Positions 42,580-51,707 are shown, counted from the first letter of the stretch. The stretch: DNA of 64,000 nt from Paracoccaceae bacterium (GCA_015487165.1 WFQE01000227.1:17966-81965); one strand, 5' to 3'. A program made the numbers and translations. The notes: generated by a model not told the origin, from the sequence alone.

Positions 42580-45500
42580 TGAAAGACTGGGCGCGCGATC
42601 TTGCGGAACACCGCAGCAAGGGCAGCCGGGCAAAGCGTCCCGGCTCCCTTGCCGGTTTGGCCGCCGCCAGGCGCGAGCACGAGGGGCAGTTTTTCACGCC
42701 CGACTGGCTGGCGCGCTCGTTGTGGCGGGTTGTGGAGCATGTGCGGTCATCGGTGCGGGGCCAGCGTCCCGTGGCGGTATTTGACGGCAGCATCGGCTCC
42801 GGCCGCCTGGTCCAGTTTGCGCGCAAGCACGAGCATGTCGTGTTCGGTTGCGACGTGGACGAGCCGCTGGTGGAAAGGCTGGCGGTCGCGGCCGAGGCCG
42901 GCGGCGTGCTGGGCCGCATTGCGGCAATGGGCATGGAAGAAGCGCGCCCGCGGAATATGGACGTGGCGCTGATCAATCCGCCGTTCTCGGTTCACCTGGA
43001 GTCGCCGGCGATGGCCGAGTATCCCTGCACGCATTTTGGCCGTTTCGGGCCGCATACGTCGGCGCTGTCGCACGAATATGCGCTGCACCAGGCGCTGGAT
43101 GCGGCGCCGGTGGTGGCGGCGATTCTGCCGGCCACCTATGCGGCCGAGGTTGAGCGGGACGCGAGCCTGGCTCCGAGGCTGCGGGCGCTGGTGGACGTGC
43201 CGGGCAATGCCTTTGCCGAGGAAGGCGCGCAGGTGCGCGTGTCCGTGGCCGTGTTCGGCGCGGAGAGGGGCAAGAACGAGCATGTGCGCCGGATGCCCCT
43301 GGCCGATTTCGATTCCGATTCCCTGGATTGGCTGGCGTTCGAGCCCGCATGGGGGACGGCGGCGCTGGGGTCGGTCTATCACGATCCGGGCGAGCCGGTG
43401 GTGACGCGCCCGGTCACTGGAGACAGGCGGGTGCGTATCGTGCTGGCCGGCCGGCGCGTCCGGTTGATGTTCGCGTGCGGCTATGCCGAGGCGCGGGTGC
43501 TGAACGCGATCTACCGCGCGCGCATTGACCGCAGGCGCGGCCCGGATGCCGTGCGGTTGCCAAGCGGCGTGCGCTACGAGGGCGAGGGGTTGCTGGATGT
43601 CGAGGCATGGCTGGCGACCGGAAATCCGGCGGCCTGCCTTGAGCGCCTGGAGCGCGAGATTCGGGGTGTCGGTTTCGATCCGGTTGTGGACGAGGCCGTG
43701 GCGAACCGGCTGCGGAAGCTGGAGCGCAGGACGCGCATCGAGCGGGCGCCGTTTGGCCGCTGGATATTCCGGCCGGATGGGGAAGGGGACGGGCGCTTCG
43801 AGGCGGTTGCGCGCCGGACGTGGCTGTGCGAGCCGACGAACCTGGCCGCTCCGGCCGTGATGCGCGGCGAGCGCATTGAAGTGGAACGCCGCGGCGGTCG
43901 GTTCTGGATCGAGGATGGTGGCCGCAAGTGGGAGATTCCGGCGCACGAGTTCTACGAGTTCTTCGAGGCGGATACGGGAACGGGGCAGGGCGGCGCCGGC
44001 CAGTGGGTCGAGATCGTCGAGCCGTTGCCCCGGCGGTTTCCGGCGCAAGCCGCCGCCGTGCGTGCCCGGGCGCTGCGCGCCGGGGTGGACGGAATGCTGA
44101 CCTGGAGCGATTACCAGTTTGCCGATCTGGTCGAGGTTCTGATGAAGCGCGCGGCCATCGTGAGCTGGGACACCGGACTGGGCAAGGCGCGCCTGGCCGT
44201 GGCTCTCGTGCTGGCAAGCGAGTGCAGGCGCGGCCTGATCGTGGTCGAGGCGGGCCTAATAGACGAGATGAAGGCGGAGCTTGCCGGTCTGCCGATTCCG
44301 GCTTCCGAATGGCAGGTGATCGAAACGCCCGGGCAGGCGCGGGATTTGCGCCGCGTCAACGTGATCTCCTACACGCGGCTGCGGATGCAGGTCGAGCGGG
44401 GGAGCAGGCGCAACTATGCGAAGCTGATGCGGCGAAGGTTTGGCATCGTGGTGGCCGACGAGGCGGACATCCTGTGCAATCCGAACAGCCAGCAGTCGCG
44501 CGCGGTGGCGCAGCTTGCGCCGAAGCGCCGCTATGCGCTGTCGGCCACGCCGGCGCGCAACTATCCCCGCGACCTGCATCCTCTGTCGGTGTGGACGGCG
44601 GGCGACGGCACGGCCGCGCAGCCGTATGGCTGGCGCAGGGCTTACATGACGCCGGAGTTGGCGCGCTCGATGGCCGAGTCCCGGCGCGGCATTGACCGAT
44701 TCCGGGACGACTTCATCGTGACCGAGTGGGTGACGAACGAGTTTGCCGAGGAGAACCGCGAGGGCGCGAAGCGCGAGGTGCCGAAGATTGCGGACGTGGT
44801 TCGCTATCGCGAGTGGCTGGCGCCGCTGGTCAAGCGCCGCGTGGTCGGCGAGCCGGACGTGGCCCGCTACGTTTCGATCCCGGAAGGCGAAACCGAGGTT
44901 CGCGAGGTCGAATGGGACATGGAGCACCTGGCCTTCTACCTGCGCGTGGCTGACGATTTCGCGGAATACTGGCGGCGGGTGAAGGACGGCCGGGAATCGA
45001 ACAACCTGGCCCGGATTCTGGCCCGCATCAACGCGGTGTGCGTGGCCGCGAGCTGCCCGCAGATGGCTCCCCTGGGCCTGCGGTGGAGCGGAGGGCTCAC
45101 GAGCAAGCAGCGGCGCGTCGTGGACGATCTGGCGGAGCTGGCGGGGCAGGGGCGCAAGGTCGTGTTCTATGCCCGCAACGTGATGACGCTGGAGCTGGTG
45201 GGCGAGGGGTTGCGGCAGCGGGGGATCGAGGGCGTGCTGTATCACGGCGGCATGCCGCGCGAGAAGCGCACCGTCGAACTCAACCGGCGATTCCGCTATG
45301 GCGACGCGCCGGTGCTTCTGGCCTCGCTGGGCATCACCCAGAAGGGCCTGAACTTGTGGCAGGCCGACACCACCTATTTCTTCGACCGATCCTGGGAGGC
45401 GCGGACGGAATACCAGGCGCGCAACCGGATTGAGCGGCCGCAGCAGACGCGCAAGCCCCGGCACCTGTTCCTGCATCTGCCGGGCAGCATTGACGAATAC

Positions 45501-45689
45501 GAGCGGCAAATGGTGGAGATGAAGGCGGACGCGATACAGGCGGGTCTGGACTGGGGAGATCCGCGGCTGGCCGACCAGGAGTTTGTGCATCTGGACACGA
45601 TTCTCGGCCGTTTCGTCGAGGACCTGGCGAAGCTGCACGGGTATGCGAGCGGCCATGATTTCCGGGATGCGGTGAAGGTTGCGGCCTGA
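42579..45689 (+). CDS. fusion protein: N6-adenine DNA methyltransferase domain + SNF2/RAD54-family helicase domain
   Basis: TGATG junction. MTase motifs GQFFTPDWLA, FDGSIGSGRL, LINPPFS. Helicase motifs IVVADEADIL, LLASLGITQKGLNL, QARNRIERPQQ. Confidence 0.85.
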   Translation: MKDWARDLAEHRSKGSRAKRPGSLAGLAAARREHEGQFFTPDWLARSLWRVVEHVRSSVRGQRPVAVFDGSIGSGRLVQFARKHEHVVFGCDVDEPLVERLAVAAEAGGVLGRIAAMGMEEARPRNMDVALINPPFSVHLESPAMAEYPCTHFGRFGPHTSALSHEYALHQALDAAPVVAAILPATYAAEVERDASLAPRLRALVDVPGNAFAEEGAQVRVSVAVFGAERGKNEHVRRMPLADFDSDSLDWLAFEPAWGTAALGSVYHDPGEPVVTRPVTGDRRVRIVLAGRRVRLMFACGYAEARVLNAIYRARIDRRRGPDAVRLPSGVRYEGEGLLDVEAWLATGNPAACLERLEREIRGVGFDPVVDEAVANRLRKLERRTRIERAPFGRWIFRPDGEGDGRFEAVARRTWLCEPTNLAAPAVMRGERIEVERRGGRFWIEDGGRKWEIPAHEFYEFFEADTGTGQGGAGQWVEIVEPLPRRFPAQAAAVRARALRAGVDGMLTWSDYQFADLVEVLMKRAAIVSWDTGLGKARLAVALVLASECRRGLIVVEAGLIDEMKAELAGLPIPASEWQVIETPGQARDLRRVNVISYTRLRMQVERGSRRNYAKLMRRRFGIVVADEADILCNPNSQQSRAVAQLAPKRRYALSATPARNYPRDLHPLSVWTAGDGTAAQPYGWRRAYMTPELARSMAESRRGIDRFRDDFIVTEWVTNEFAEENREGAKREVPKIADVVRYREWLAPLVKRRVVGEPDVARYVSIPEGETEVREVEWDMEHLAFYLRVADDFAEYWRRVKDGRESNNLARILARINAVCVAASCPQMAPLGLRWSGGLTSKQRRVVDDLAELAGQGRKVVFYARNVMTLELVGEGLRQRGIEGVLYHGGMPREKRTVELNRRFRYGDAPVLLASLGITQKGLNLWQADTTYFFDRSWEARTEYQARNRIERPQQTRKPRHLFLHLPGSIDEYERQMVEMKADAIQAGLDWGDPRLADQEFVHLDTILGRFVEDLAKLHGYASGHDFRDAVKVAA

Positions 45690-45712
45690 CCGGCCGCGAT
45701 GCCGCAAGAAGA

Positions 45713-45740
45713 AGGCCCCGCAACGGTTGCTGCGGGGCCT
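45713..45740. terminator. hairpin between convergent genes
   Basis: Perfect 10-bp stem AGGCCCCGCA/TGCGGGGCCT. No clear T-run on the + strand. Confidence 0.55.
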
Positions 45741-45790
45741 CCGCCGTGGTGTCGTGCCTGCGTTCAGGCTCTTCCGGGCGATGTCCAGCG

Positions 45791-45970
45791 TCACTCCAAG
45801 CAGAGGATCACGAGGTCGGCCGTGCTGATAAGGAGGCTTGCCACCAGGAATACGGAGGCAGCCGAGAACCATCCATCGCTATTGCGTTTCCAGGCGATGG
45901 CGAACAATCCGGCCGAAACGCCTAAGCTCCAGATGGCCAGGGTTTGCAGGATCGTATCAATCACGGGCAT
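45791..45970 (-). CDS. small membrane protein (59 aa)
   Basis: ATG 45970 follows GGAGG. Two hydrophobic helices. Confidence 0.45.
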   Translation of the reverse strand: MPVIDTILQTLAIWSLGVSAGLFAIAWKRNSDGWFSAASVFLVASLLISTADLVILCLE

Positions 45971-46391
45971 CGCCTCCGCCAAGAATCGCGTCCCTGATTT
46001 CGCCGAACGTGCCGTGGTGATTCCAGTCGTTGCGCCAGAACATCTGCACGAACATGAGGATGGCATATTGTTCGGCCTGGCTCATGGCGTGGATGCGGCG
46101 CACGAGATCAGGCATGGGATGGTCGTTCACATCCAGCACGCCTTCGTGGTCCATGAGATCGCTGGCGACGCGATAGGGCGGAAATTTCATCGGCTCCCAT
46201 GACCCGGCGTAGGCGTTCAGGATGTATTCCCATTCCGCGTCGGACAAATCGGGAAGCGAGGAGCGGAACAGCCACATCGAGGCCTCGATCTGCTGGTTGA
46301 TGACGCGGGACCATTCGGGCCGCTTGCTGTCGAGCGAGAGCATCTGGATGGCTGCTACGGCCTGATCGGACAGGGACACGGACTTTTTCAT
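45957..46391 (-). CDS. hypothetical protein (144 aa)
   Basis: ATG 46391 follows AGGAG. Confidence 0.6.
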   Translation of the reverse strand: MKKSVSLSDQAVAAIQMLSLDSKRPEWSRVINQQIEASMWLFRSSLPDLSDAEWEYILNAYAGSWEPMKFPPYRVASDLMDHEGVLDVNDHPMPDLVRRIHAMSQAEQYAILMFVQMFWRNDWNHHGTFGEIRDAILGGGDARD

Positions 46392-46404
46392 GGAAATTCT
46401 CCTA

Positions 46405-46581
46405 TTACAGGATTGCGGAAAGCCCCAGGATGAAGCACACGCCGCTTGCCGCCAGGGAGATCCAGCCAAGAAGCCGCATTGCCCTGGAGCTCTCCTTGTC
46501 GGGGTAGTGCAGATAGAGCAGGACGACTGCCACGGCGGCGAGGAACAGGCCGATGATTATGAGCTGGTGGGTTGCAAGCAT
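46405..46581 (-). CDS. small membrane protein (58 aa)
   Basis: ATG 46581 follows GGAGGA. Two hydrophobic helices. Confidence 0.5.
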   Translation of the reverse strand: MLATHQLIIIGLFLAAVAVVLLYLHYPDKESSRAMRLLGWISLAASGVCFILGLSAIL

Positions 46582-46652
46582 TGTATCCTCCGATTGCCCG
46601 GGTCGGGTAGTGCGAAAATGGCGCACTAGGGTGCGAATGTCAAGAGCCAGGG

Positions 46653-46680
46653 TTGACCGGGGCCGCAATTTCGGTATAAT
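46653..46680 (+). promoter_or_regulatory. TTGACC-N16-TATAAT promoter
   Basis: 38 nt upstream of ATG 46719. Contains GGTATAATGGA. Confidence 0.65.
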
Positions 46681-46718
46681 GGACATAAGCGCAGCAACGG
46701 CCGCGCGAGAGAGGAGAC

Positions 46719-47195
46719 ATGAGCGCAACATTGAAGTTCAAGGCGAGCGAGGTTCGCAAGCTGCTGGATCACACGCTGGCGTGTGATGAGCACTCCCCGA
46801 CGTTCGGGGAGATGCTGGAAGGAGACGTGCTGAAGGACGGCGCGACCGTCAAGCCGGGTTCGTTTCCGAAACCCGAGGACGTGGATCACGCCAAGGTGAA
46901 GCCTGCCCTCCATCTGGTGAAGGACTCGGGCATTTACCTCATGTCGAATGGCATTCCGCGGATGCTGGCCGAGGACGGCGATGGCTCCTATGTGGTGTAC
47001 GCGGAGGGCTTCGAGTTTCGGAAGGGCGAGGACAACGACGGCCTCCACGAGCGGACGACGGCGGCCGTGGGCGGCGATGATTTCGTCGAGCGTTTCCCTG
47101 CCGAGGATATTCTCGGGGCGCTGAACGACAACCCGGATGCCAAGTTTGTGTGTTTCAGGGTATCCAAGACCCAGATCAGCGTCTGGCTGTCGTAG
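46719..47195 (+). CDS. hypothetical protein (possibly DUF3085-like)
   Basis: HLVKDSGIYLMSNG is recalled from a plasmid/ICE-associated family. Not verified. Confidence 0.55.
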   Translation: MSATLKFKASEVRKLLDHTLACDEHSPTFGEMLEGDVLKDGATVKPGSFPKPEDVDHAKVKPALHLVKDSGIYLMSNGIPRMLAEDGDGSYVVYAEGFEFRKGEDNDGLHERTTAAVGGDDFVERFPAEDILGALNDNPDAKFVCFRVSKTQISVWLS

Positions 47196-47219
47196 AACAC
47201 TATTCAACGGAGGCGAACG

Positions 47220-47978
47220 ATGATGTATGTGATCGAGATACCCCACACCGGCCGCCCGGAGTGCTGGTCGGCGCTGGACGGGGAAGATTTCATTGACCGG
47301 GTGGTTGCCGCGCACGAGCAGGGCAACGACGGAACCACGCTGTACGAGGCGCTGACGCCGGCCGAAATGCTGGAGGAGTATGGCGTCAGCATCGAGGAAG
47401 CGCGCGAGGATGAGTCCCTGGCCGATGTCGTGGCGCTCTACGACAAGTTTGGGCCGGACACGCGGCTGGTTTGCGCCTACCCCAGCGATGAATGGGTGCC
47501 GGTGTCTGACGAGGATGCGCCGAGCAGGATGGATGCCATCATGGCCTGGCTTGGGCGCGACCGGCAGAGGGTGATCTACCTGACCAGCACGGACGATGCG
47601 TTGGATGCCCTCGCGGGCAGGGGCAACTACAACCCCTGGGACGGGCACATGGGCGCGGAGGCGCGTGATGCGCTGGTCGAGCAGATGACGCGCGATGCGA
47701 GCTACAGCACGGAGCTCCAGCAAGCCATGATGGAGCGCCTGGCCGAACTGCCGGAACTGATCGGCGTGCTGGAAGCCGCGGGCGTGCGGATTCCGGCACG
47801 TTTCCGGCCGTTGTTCCTGATTCATTCAGAGCAGGAGGATGGCTACTGGAGCAACGAGCAGGGCTGGGTAGAGGACGTGGGCTCGGCCAGCGTGTATGAT
47901 CAACCTCTGGGTTCCCTCCCCGTGGAAGTGCTCGATGCCTGCTGGATCGCGTTCAAGCCCATTGGGGAGCAGACATGA
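47220..47978 (+). CDS. hypothetical acidic protein
   Basis: ATG lies 6 nt after CGGAGG. Confidence 0.6.
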   Translation: MMYVIEIPHTGRPECWSALDGEDFIDRVVAAHEQGNDGTTLYEALTPAEMLEEYGVSIEEAREDESLADVVALYDKFGPDTRLVCAYPSDEWVPVSDEDAPSRMDAIMAWLGRDRQRVIYLTSTDDALDALAGRGNYNPWDGHMGAEARDALVEQMTRDASYSTELQQAMMERLAELPELIGVLEAAGVRIPARFRPLFLIHSEQEDGYWSNEQGWVEDVGSASVYDQPLGSLPVEVLDACWIAFKPIGEQT

Positions 47979-48337
47979 GCAAGAAGCGGCGGAACTTCAT
48001 CATGCCCGATTTCCTGATGCCGGCGCTGAAGGAACTGGCGAAGGAACGCCAGGAGACGCTGGGCGACTGCAACATGGAGTCTGTCCGGATGCTGCTGGAC
48101 CGTTACGAGCGTGAATTCAGGGAGATGGGCAACAAGCCGCGCTCCACCGGCGGCAACGCCTGGGTTGCGTTCCGTGATTCGGAGCTGAATGCGCTGGCGC
48201 AAAAGGTAGGGGTGGACGCATCCGGCCTGCGCCTGCATTCGCTGGCGCGGATCGCGGCTATCTGGCGCCTGGGATTTGAGGACGGAAAGAAGGCGAGGGC
48301 GCGTCGGAAGCGGGCATCCGGCAAGCGCGATGCGTGA
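47975..48337 (+). CDS. hypothetical protein with basic termini
   Basis: ATGA overlap, GGGGAG SD. Confidence 0.55.
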   Translation: MSKKRRNFIMPDFLMPALKELAKERQETLGDCNMESVRMLLDRYEREFREMGNKPRSTGGNAWVAFRDSELNALAQKVGVDASGLRLHSLARIAAIWRLGFEDGKKARARRKRASGKRDA

Positions 48338-48360
48338 CGGCCGTTGCCGCCCGCATGGAC

Positions 48361-48389
48361 AAAGGCCCTGGACACCCAGGGCCTTTTTT
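48361..48389 (+). terminator. rho-independent terminator
   Basis: AAAGGCCCTGG-ACAC-CCAGGGCCTTT followed by a T-run. Confidence 0.8.
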
Positions 48390-48427
48390 ACGTCCGGAAA
48401 ATTGCGGGATTCCGGTTCCCGGAGAGC

Positions 48428-48607
48428 ATGGAGAGAACCAAACTCAGATGGAGGTTCCACATGCTCTTTTCGATTGTGATTCTCGATGCTGTTCTTTCCC
48501 TTGTCCTATGGCTTATGGGCAACCCCTACATGGATGGAAACCGGCTTGCCGGCATCCTCGTTGCGGATGCCGGGATGGCCTGGTTTGCCTGGGCCATTCG
48601 AGGGTGA
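48428..48607 (+). CDS. small membrane protein (59 aa)
   Basis: Internal ATG after GGAGAG. Two hydrophobic helices. Confidence 0.45.
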   Translation: MERTKLRWRFHMLFSIVILDAVLSLVLWLMGNPYMDGNRLAGILVADAGMAWFAWAIRG

Positions 48608-48613
48608 GGGTCG

Positions 48614-48660
48614 AGAAAAACAGTGTTTTTCGGCGACGGCTATGAGGCCGTCGCCGTTTC
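48614..48660. terminator. double hairpin between convergent genes
   Basis: GAAAAAC-AGT-GTTTTTC followed by the perfect 10-bp stem CGGCGACGGC/GCCGTCGCCG. Confidence 0.6.
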
Positions 48661-49005
48661 CTGCTTTGCCTTATCCAGCCATTCCCGAATCTCGGAGCCG
48701 TGGATCACCCACAAGGTGCCCGGCTCGAAGGGGCTGGGGCGCTCCAGCGGGGCAATGAACGCCCATTTGAAATCCTGGTGCAGCGCGACAGCCAGCTCGT
48801 CGTCGCCGGTGTAGTCTGCGAGGATGGCCAGCGCGAGCTGCGCCGGGCCGGAGCCGCCGTAGCCGAACTCCATGCCAGTTGGCGAGTGGTTCACCAGGTC
48901 GCGCCGGGGATTGAGGGGCTGGCCGTTGACCAGGAAATTGAGCTGGGCCATACCCTTCCCGTCTCGGGAAACGATCTCGCATTCGCACTGGTATATCTTG
49001 CCCAT
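48640..49005 (-). CDS. hypothetical protein (DUF6166-like, recalled)
   Basis: ATG 49005 follows AAAGGAGG. Conserved-looking NHSPTGMEFGYGGSGPAQLALAIL. Confidence 0.6.
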   Translation of the reverse strand: MGKIYQCECEIVSRDGKGMAQLNFLVNGQPLNPRRDLVNHSPTGMEFGYGGSGPAQLALAILADYTGDDELAVALHQDFKWAFIAPLERPSPFEPGTLWVIHGSEIREWLDKAKQETATAS

Positions 49006-49080
49006 TTGCACCTCCTTTGGCTTCCAGGCTACCACGTCTGGCACGGAAACCCAAGCGTTCCATGTGTTCCAAAAAACCTG

Positions 49081-49109
49081 TTGCAGGCCGGCATGCGCTC
49101 CGGTATAAT
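49081..49109 (+). promoter_or_regulatory. TTGCAG-N17-TATAAT promoter
   Basis: Contains GGTATAATGGA, 28 nt upstream of ATG 49138. Confidence 0.65.
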
Positions 49110-49137
49110 GGAATCATCCAAGAGATGGAGGTTCGTG

Positions 49138-49206
49138 ATGAACGAACAGCAGAAGCAGGACTACTACCGGCTGGTGGATGTGCAACCGCTGGAGGCTTGC
49201 GAATGA
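49138..49206 (+). CDS. 22-codon upstream ORF (MNEQQKQDYYRLVDVQPLEACE)
   Basis: ATG lies 6 nt after GGAGG. Ends in an ATGA overlap with the next gene. Confidence 0.35.
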   Translation: MNEQQKQDYYRLVDVQPLEACE

Positions 49207-49394
49207 GCGACGGCAAGCTGAAGGAGCTGCTGGAGTTCCTGGACGAGCGCGAGGAGGCCTCGTACCGGAACTGCGAGGGACGCGATGAATCCGATCCGGT
49301 GCTGGAGCAGGAGGCGGCGATCCGGGACACCCTGGAGCTTGTGCGCCGGAAGATCAGGGAGTTGCAGGATGAGCGAGACGGACAGGATGCTTGA
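49203..49394 (+). CDS. small acidic coiled-coil protein (63 aa)
   Basis: ATGA-coupled to the upstream short ORF. Confidence 0.5.
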   Translation: MSDGKLKELLEFLDEREEASYRNCEGRDESDPVLEQEAAIRDTLELVRRKIRELQDERDGQDA

Positions 49395-50301
49395 GCGCGC
49401 GCGGGAGCTGGCAGACATGGGTAAGAATTTACGGTTTTCGACACCTTCCCCTACCAGGCCAATGGTTCGTTGGCATGGCGGCAAGTGGAAGTTGGCCCCT
49501 TGGATAATCAGCCATTTTCCTCCTCATAAGATTTATGTGGAACCGTTTGGTGGCGGAGGTTCTGTGTTGCTGAGGAAACCGAGAAGTCCTGCCGAGGTGT
49601 ACAACGACGTGGACGGTGAGATCGTGAATCTCTTTCGCGTCGCTAGGGACAATGGCTCGCAGCTCATTGAATTGCTGCGGCTCACGCCATTTTCGAGAGA
49701 TGAGTTTGAATTATCGTATCAATCCACGACTGATCCAGTTGAACGGGCAAGAAGGACTGTTGTTCGGTCCTTCATGGGTGTTGGAAGTAATGCTCATGCC
49801 GCCCGAACAGGTTTTAGGACTGGGTTTCGGCATCAACGAAAAGGAATGACGGCCGCCAGTGACTGGGCCAATTATCCGGCAGCTCTGGTTGCGACAATCG
49901 AACGCTTGCAAGGCGTCATTATTGAAAATATGGATGCGTTTTCGTTGATCAAGAAAATGGATTCCGAAGAGACGTTATTCTACGTTGATCCTCCCTATCC
50001 ATTTGTGGTTAGGGACAAGGGGAGAGATTATCGGTATGAATTGAATGATGATGCCCACGTTCGGTTGGCAGAAATCCTCTCTGAACTGAAGGGGATGGTC
50101 ATTATATCGGGTTACGATTGTGAGCTATACCGTCAGTTGTATGGCGAATGGAAACGCCTGCAAAGAAAGACATACACTGCAACCGCCAAGTCCAGAACAG
50201 AAGTGTTGTGGATGAATAAGGCGTGTATGTCACGCTGCCGCCCTTCCTTGTTTGAGAATCACCCGATCCGCCAACCCATTGCTTCTGGAGGTGCAGAATG
50301 A
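49369..50301 (+). CDS. Dam-like (D12-class) N6-adenine DNA methyltransferase
   Basis: WHGGKWKLAPWI, YVEPFGGGGSV and FYVDPPY motifs. Start ambiguous (49369/49387/49417). The body is visibly lower in GC than its neighbours. Confidence 0.8.
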   Translation: MSETDRMLERARELADMGKNLRFSTPSPTRPMVRWHGGKWKLAPWIISHFPPHKIYVEPFGGGGSVLLRKPRSPAEVYNDVDGEIVNLFRVARDNGSQLIELLRLTPFSRDEFELSYQSTTDPVERARRTVVRSFMGVGSNAHAARTGFRTGFRHQRKGMTAASDWANYPAALVATIERLQGVIIENMDAFSLIKKMDSEETLFYVDPPYPFVVRDKGRDYRYELNDDAHVRLAEILSELKGMVIISGYDCELYRQLYGEWKRLQRKTYTATAKSRTEVLWMNKACMSRCRPSLFENHPIRQPIASGGAE

Positions 50302-51707
50302 GCTCTCGTCCTCCCCTGATCCGCATTTCGACCGACGAGCTGGTGGTGGACTCGTTCGCCGGCGGCGGAGGCGCGAGCATCGGCATCGAGCAGGCGATTG
50401 GCCGACATGTGGACATCGCCATCAACCACGATGCAGAGGCCCTGTCCATGCACGCGGCCAACCATCCGCACACCCGTCATTTGCGTTCCGACATCTGGGA
50501 GGTGGATCCAATGGAGGCCACCGGCGGCAAGCCCGTGGCCTTGGCCTGGTTCAGCCCGGACTGCAAGCATTTCTCGAAGTCGCGCGGTAGCAAGCCGGTG
50601 GAGAAGCGTATCCGGGGGCTGGCCTGGGTGGCGGTGCGTTGGGCCAAGGCGGTGCGGCCGCGCATCATCTTCCTGGAGAACGTGGAGGAGTTCCAGGAGT
50701 GGGGTCCGGTGATTCCGAAACTGGACGCGGACGGCAAGCCGGTCATCGGCAGGGACGGGCGGCCGGTCATGGTTCCATGTCCTGCGCGCCGCGGCGTGAC
50801 GTTCCGGCGTTTCGTCAATGCGCTGCGCGACCTTGGCTACAGGGTTGAATGGCGCGAGTTGCGCGCATGCGACTTCGGCGCGCCGACGATCCGCAAGCGG
50901 CTGTTCCTGGTGGCGCGCTGCGATGGCCTGCCGATTGTCTGGCCGGAGCCGACGCATGGCGATGGCCGGCTGCCATACCGGACAGCGGCCGAGTGCATGG
51001 ACTGGGACGTGCCTGCGCCGAGCATCTTCGGCCGCAAGCGGCCCTTGGCCGAGGCGACGATGAAGCGCATCGCGCGCGGGCTGGAGAAGTTCGTGCTGTC
51101 GGGAGAGCCGTTCATCGTGCGCGACAAGGCGGCCTGGGTTATCAAGCATTTTGGCGGCGTGACCGGGTGCCGGATGGACCAGCCGTTCCCCACGATTCTC
51201 TCCAAGGGGGCGCAGAACCAGTTGGCGACGGCGACGCTTGCGCCGGCGGTTGCGCCTTACATGGTGAAGCTGCGCGGTTCCTGCCGCCACGGCCAGCGCA
51301 TGGATTTGCCCGCGCCGACGGTCACGGCCGGGGGCAACCATCTTGGCCTGGTCAACGCGTTCCTGGTCAAGTATTACGGCACGGCCATCGGTCAGAGCTT
51401 GCATGAGCCTGTTCACACCATCACCTCGAAGGCTCGTTTCGGGCTGGTATGCGCGGCCGGGCGGCAGCACATGATCGCCGACATCGGCATGCGGATGCTG
51501 ACGCCGCGCGAGCTCTACCGATGCCAGGGATTCCCCGAGCACTACGAGATCGAGCACGGCGAGCGGGGTGAACGGTTCACCAAGACGGCCCAGATCAGGA
51601 TGGTGGGCAACTCCGTTTCGCCGCCGGTGGCCCGTGCCATCGTCCGCGCCAACGTGATTGCGGAGGTGCGACAGCACGCGGTCGAGTCGGAGGCAGTCAC
51701 GGCATGA
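50298..51707 (+). CDS. DNA (cytosine-5) methyltransferase
   Basis: VDSFAGGGGAS (motif I), SPDCKHFS (PC motif IV), FLENV (VI), CQGFP, GNSVSPPVA (X). ATGA overlap with the Dam-like gene. Confidence 0.9.
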   Translation: MSSRPPLIRISTDELVVDSFAGGGGASIGIEQAIGRHVDIAINHDAEALSMHAANHPHTRHLRSDIWEVDPMEATGGKPVALAWFSPDCKHFSKSRGSKPVEKRIRGLAWVAVRWAKAVRPRIIFLENVEEFQEWGPVIPKLDADGKPVIGRDGRPVMVPCPARRGVTFRRFVNALRDLGYRVEWRELRACDFGAPTIRKRLFLVARCDGLPIVWPEPTHGDGRLPYRTAAECMDWDVPAPSIFGRKRPLAEATMKRIARGLEKFVLSGEPFIVRDKAAWVIKHFGGVTGCRMDQPFPTILSKGAQNQLATATLAPAVAPYMVKLRGSCRHGQRMDLPAPTVTAGGNHLGLVNAFLVKYYGTAIGQSLHEPVHTITSKARFGLVCAAGRQHMIADIGMRMLTPRELYRCQGFPEHYEIEHGERGERFTKTAQIRMVGNSVSPPVARAIVRANVIAEVRQHAVESEAVTA

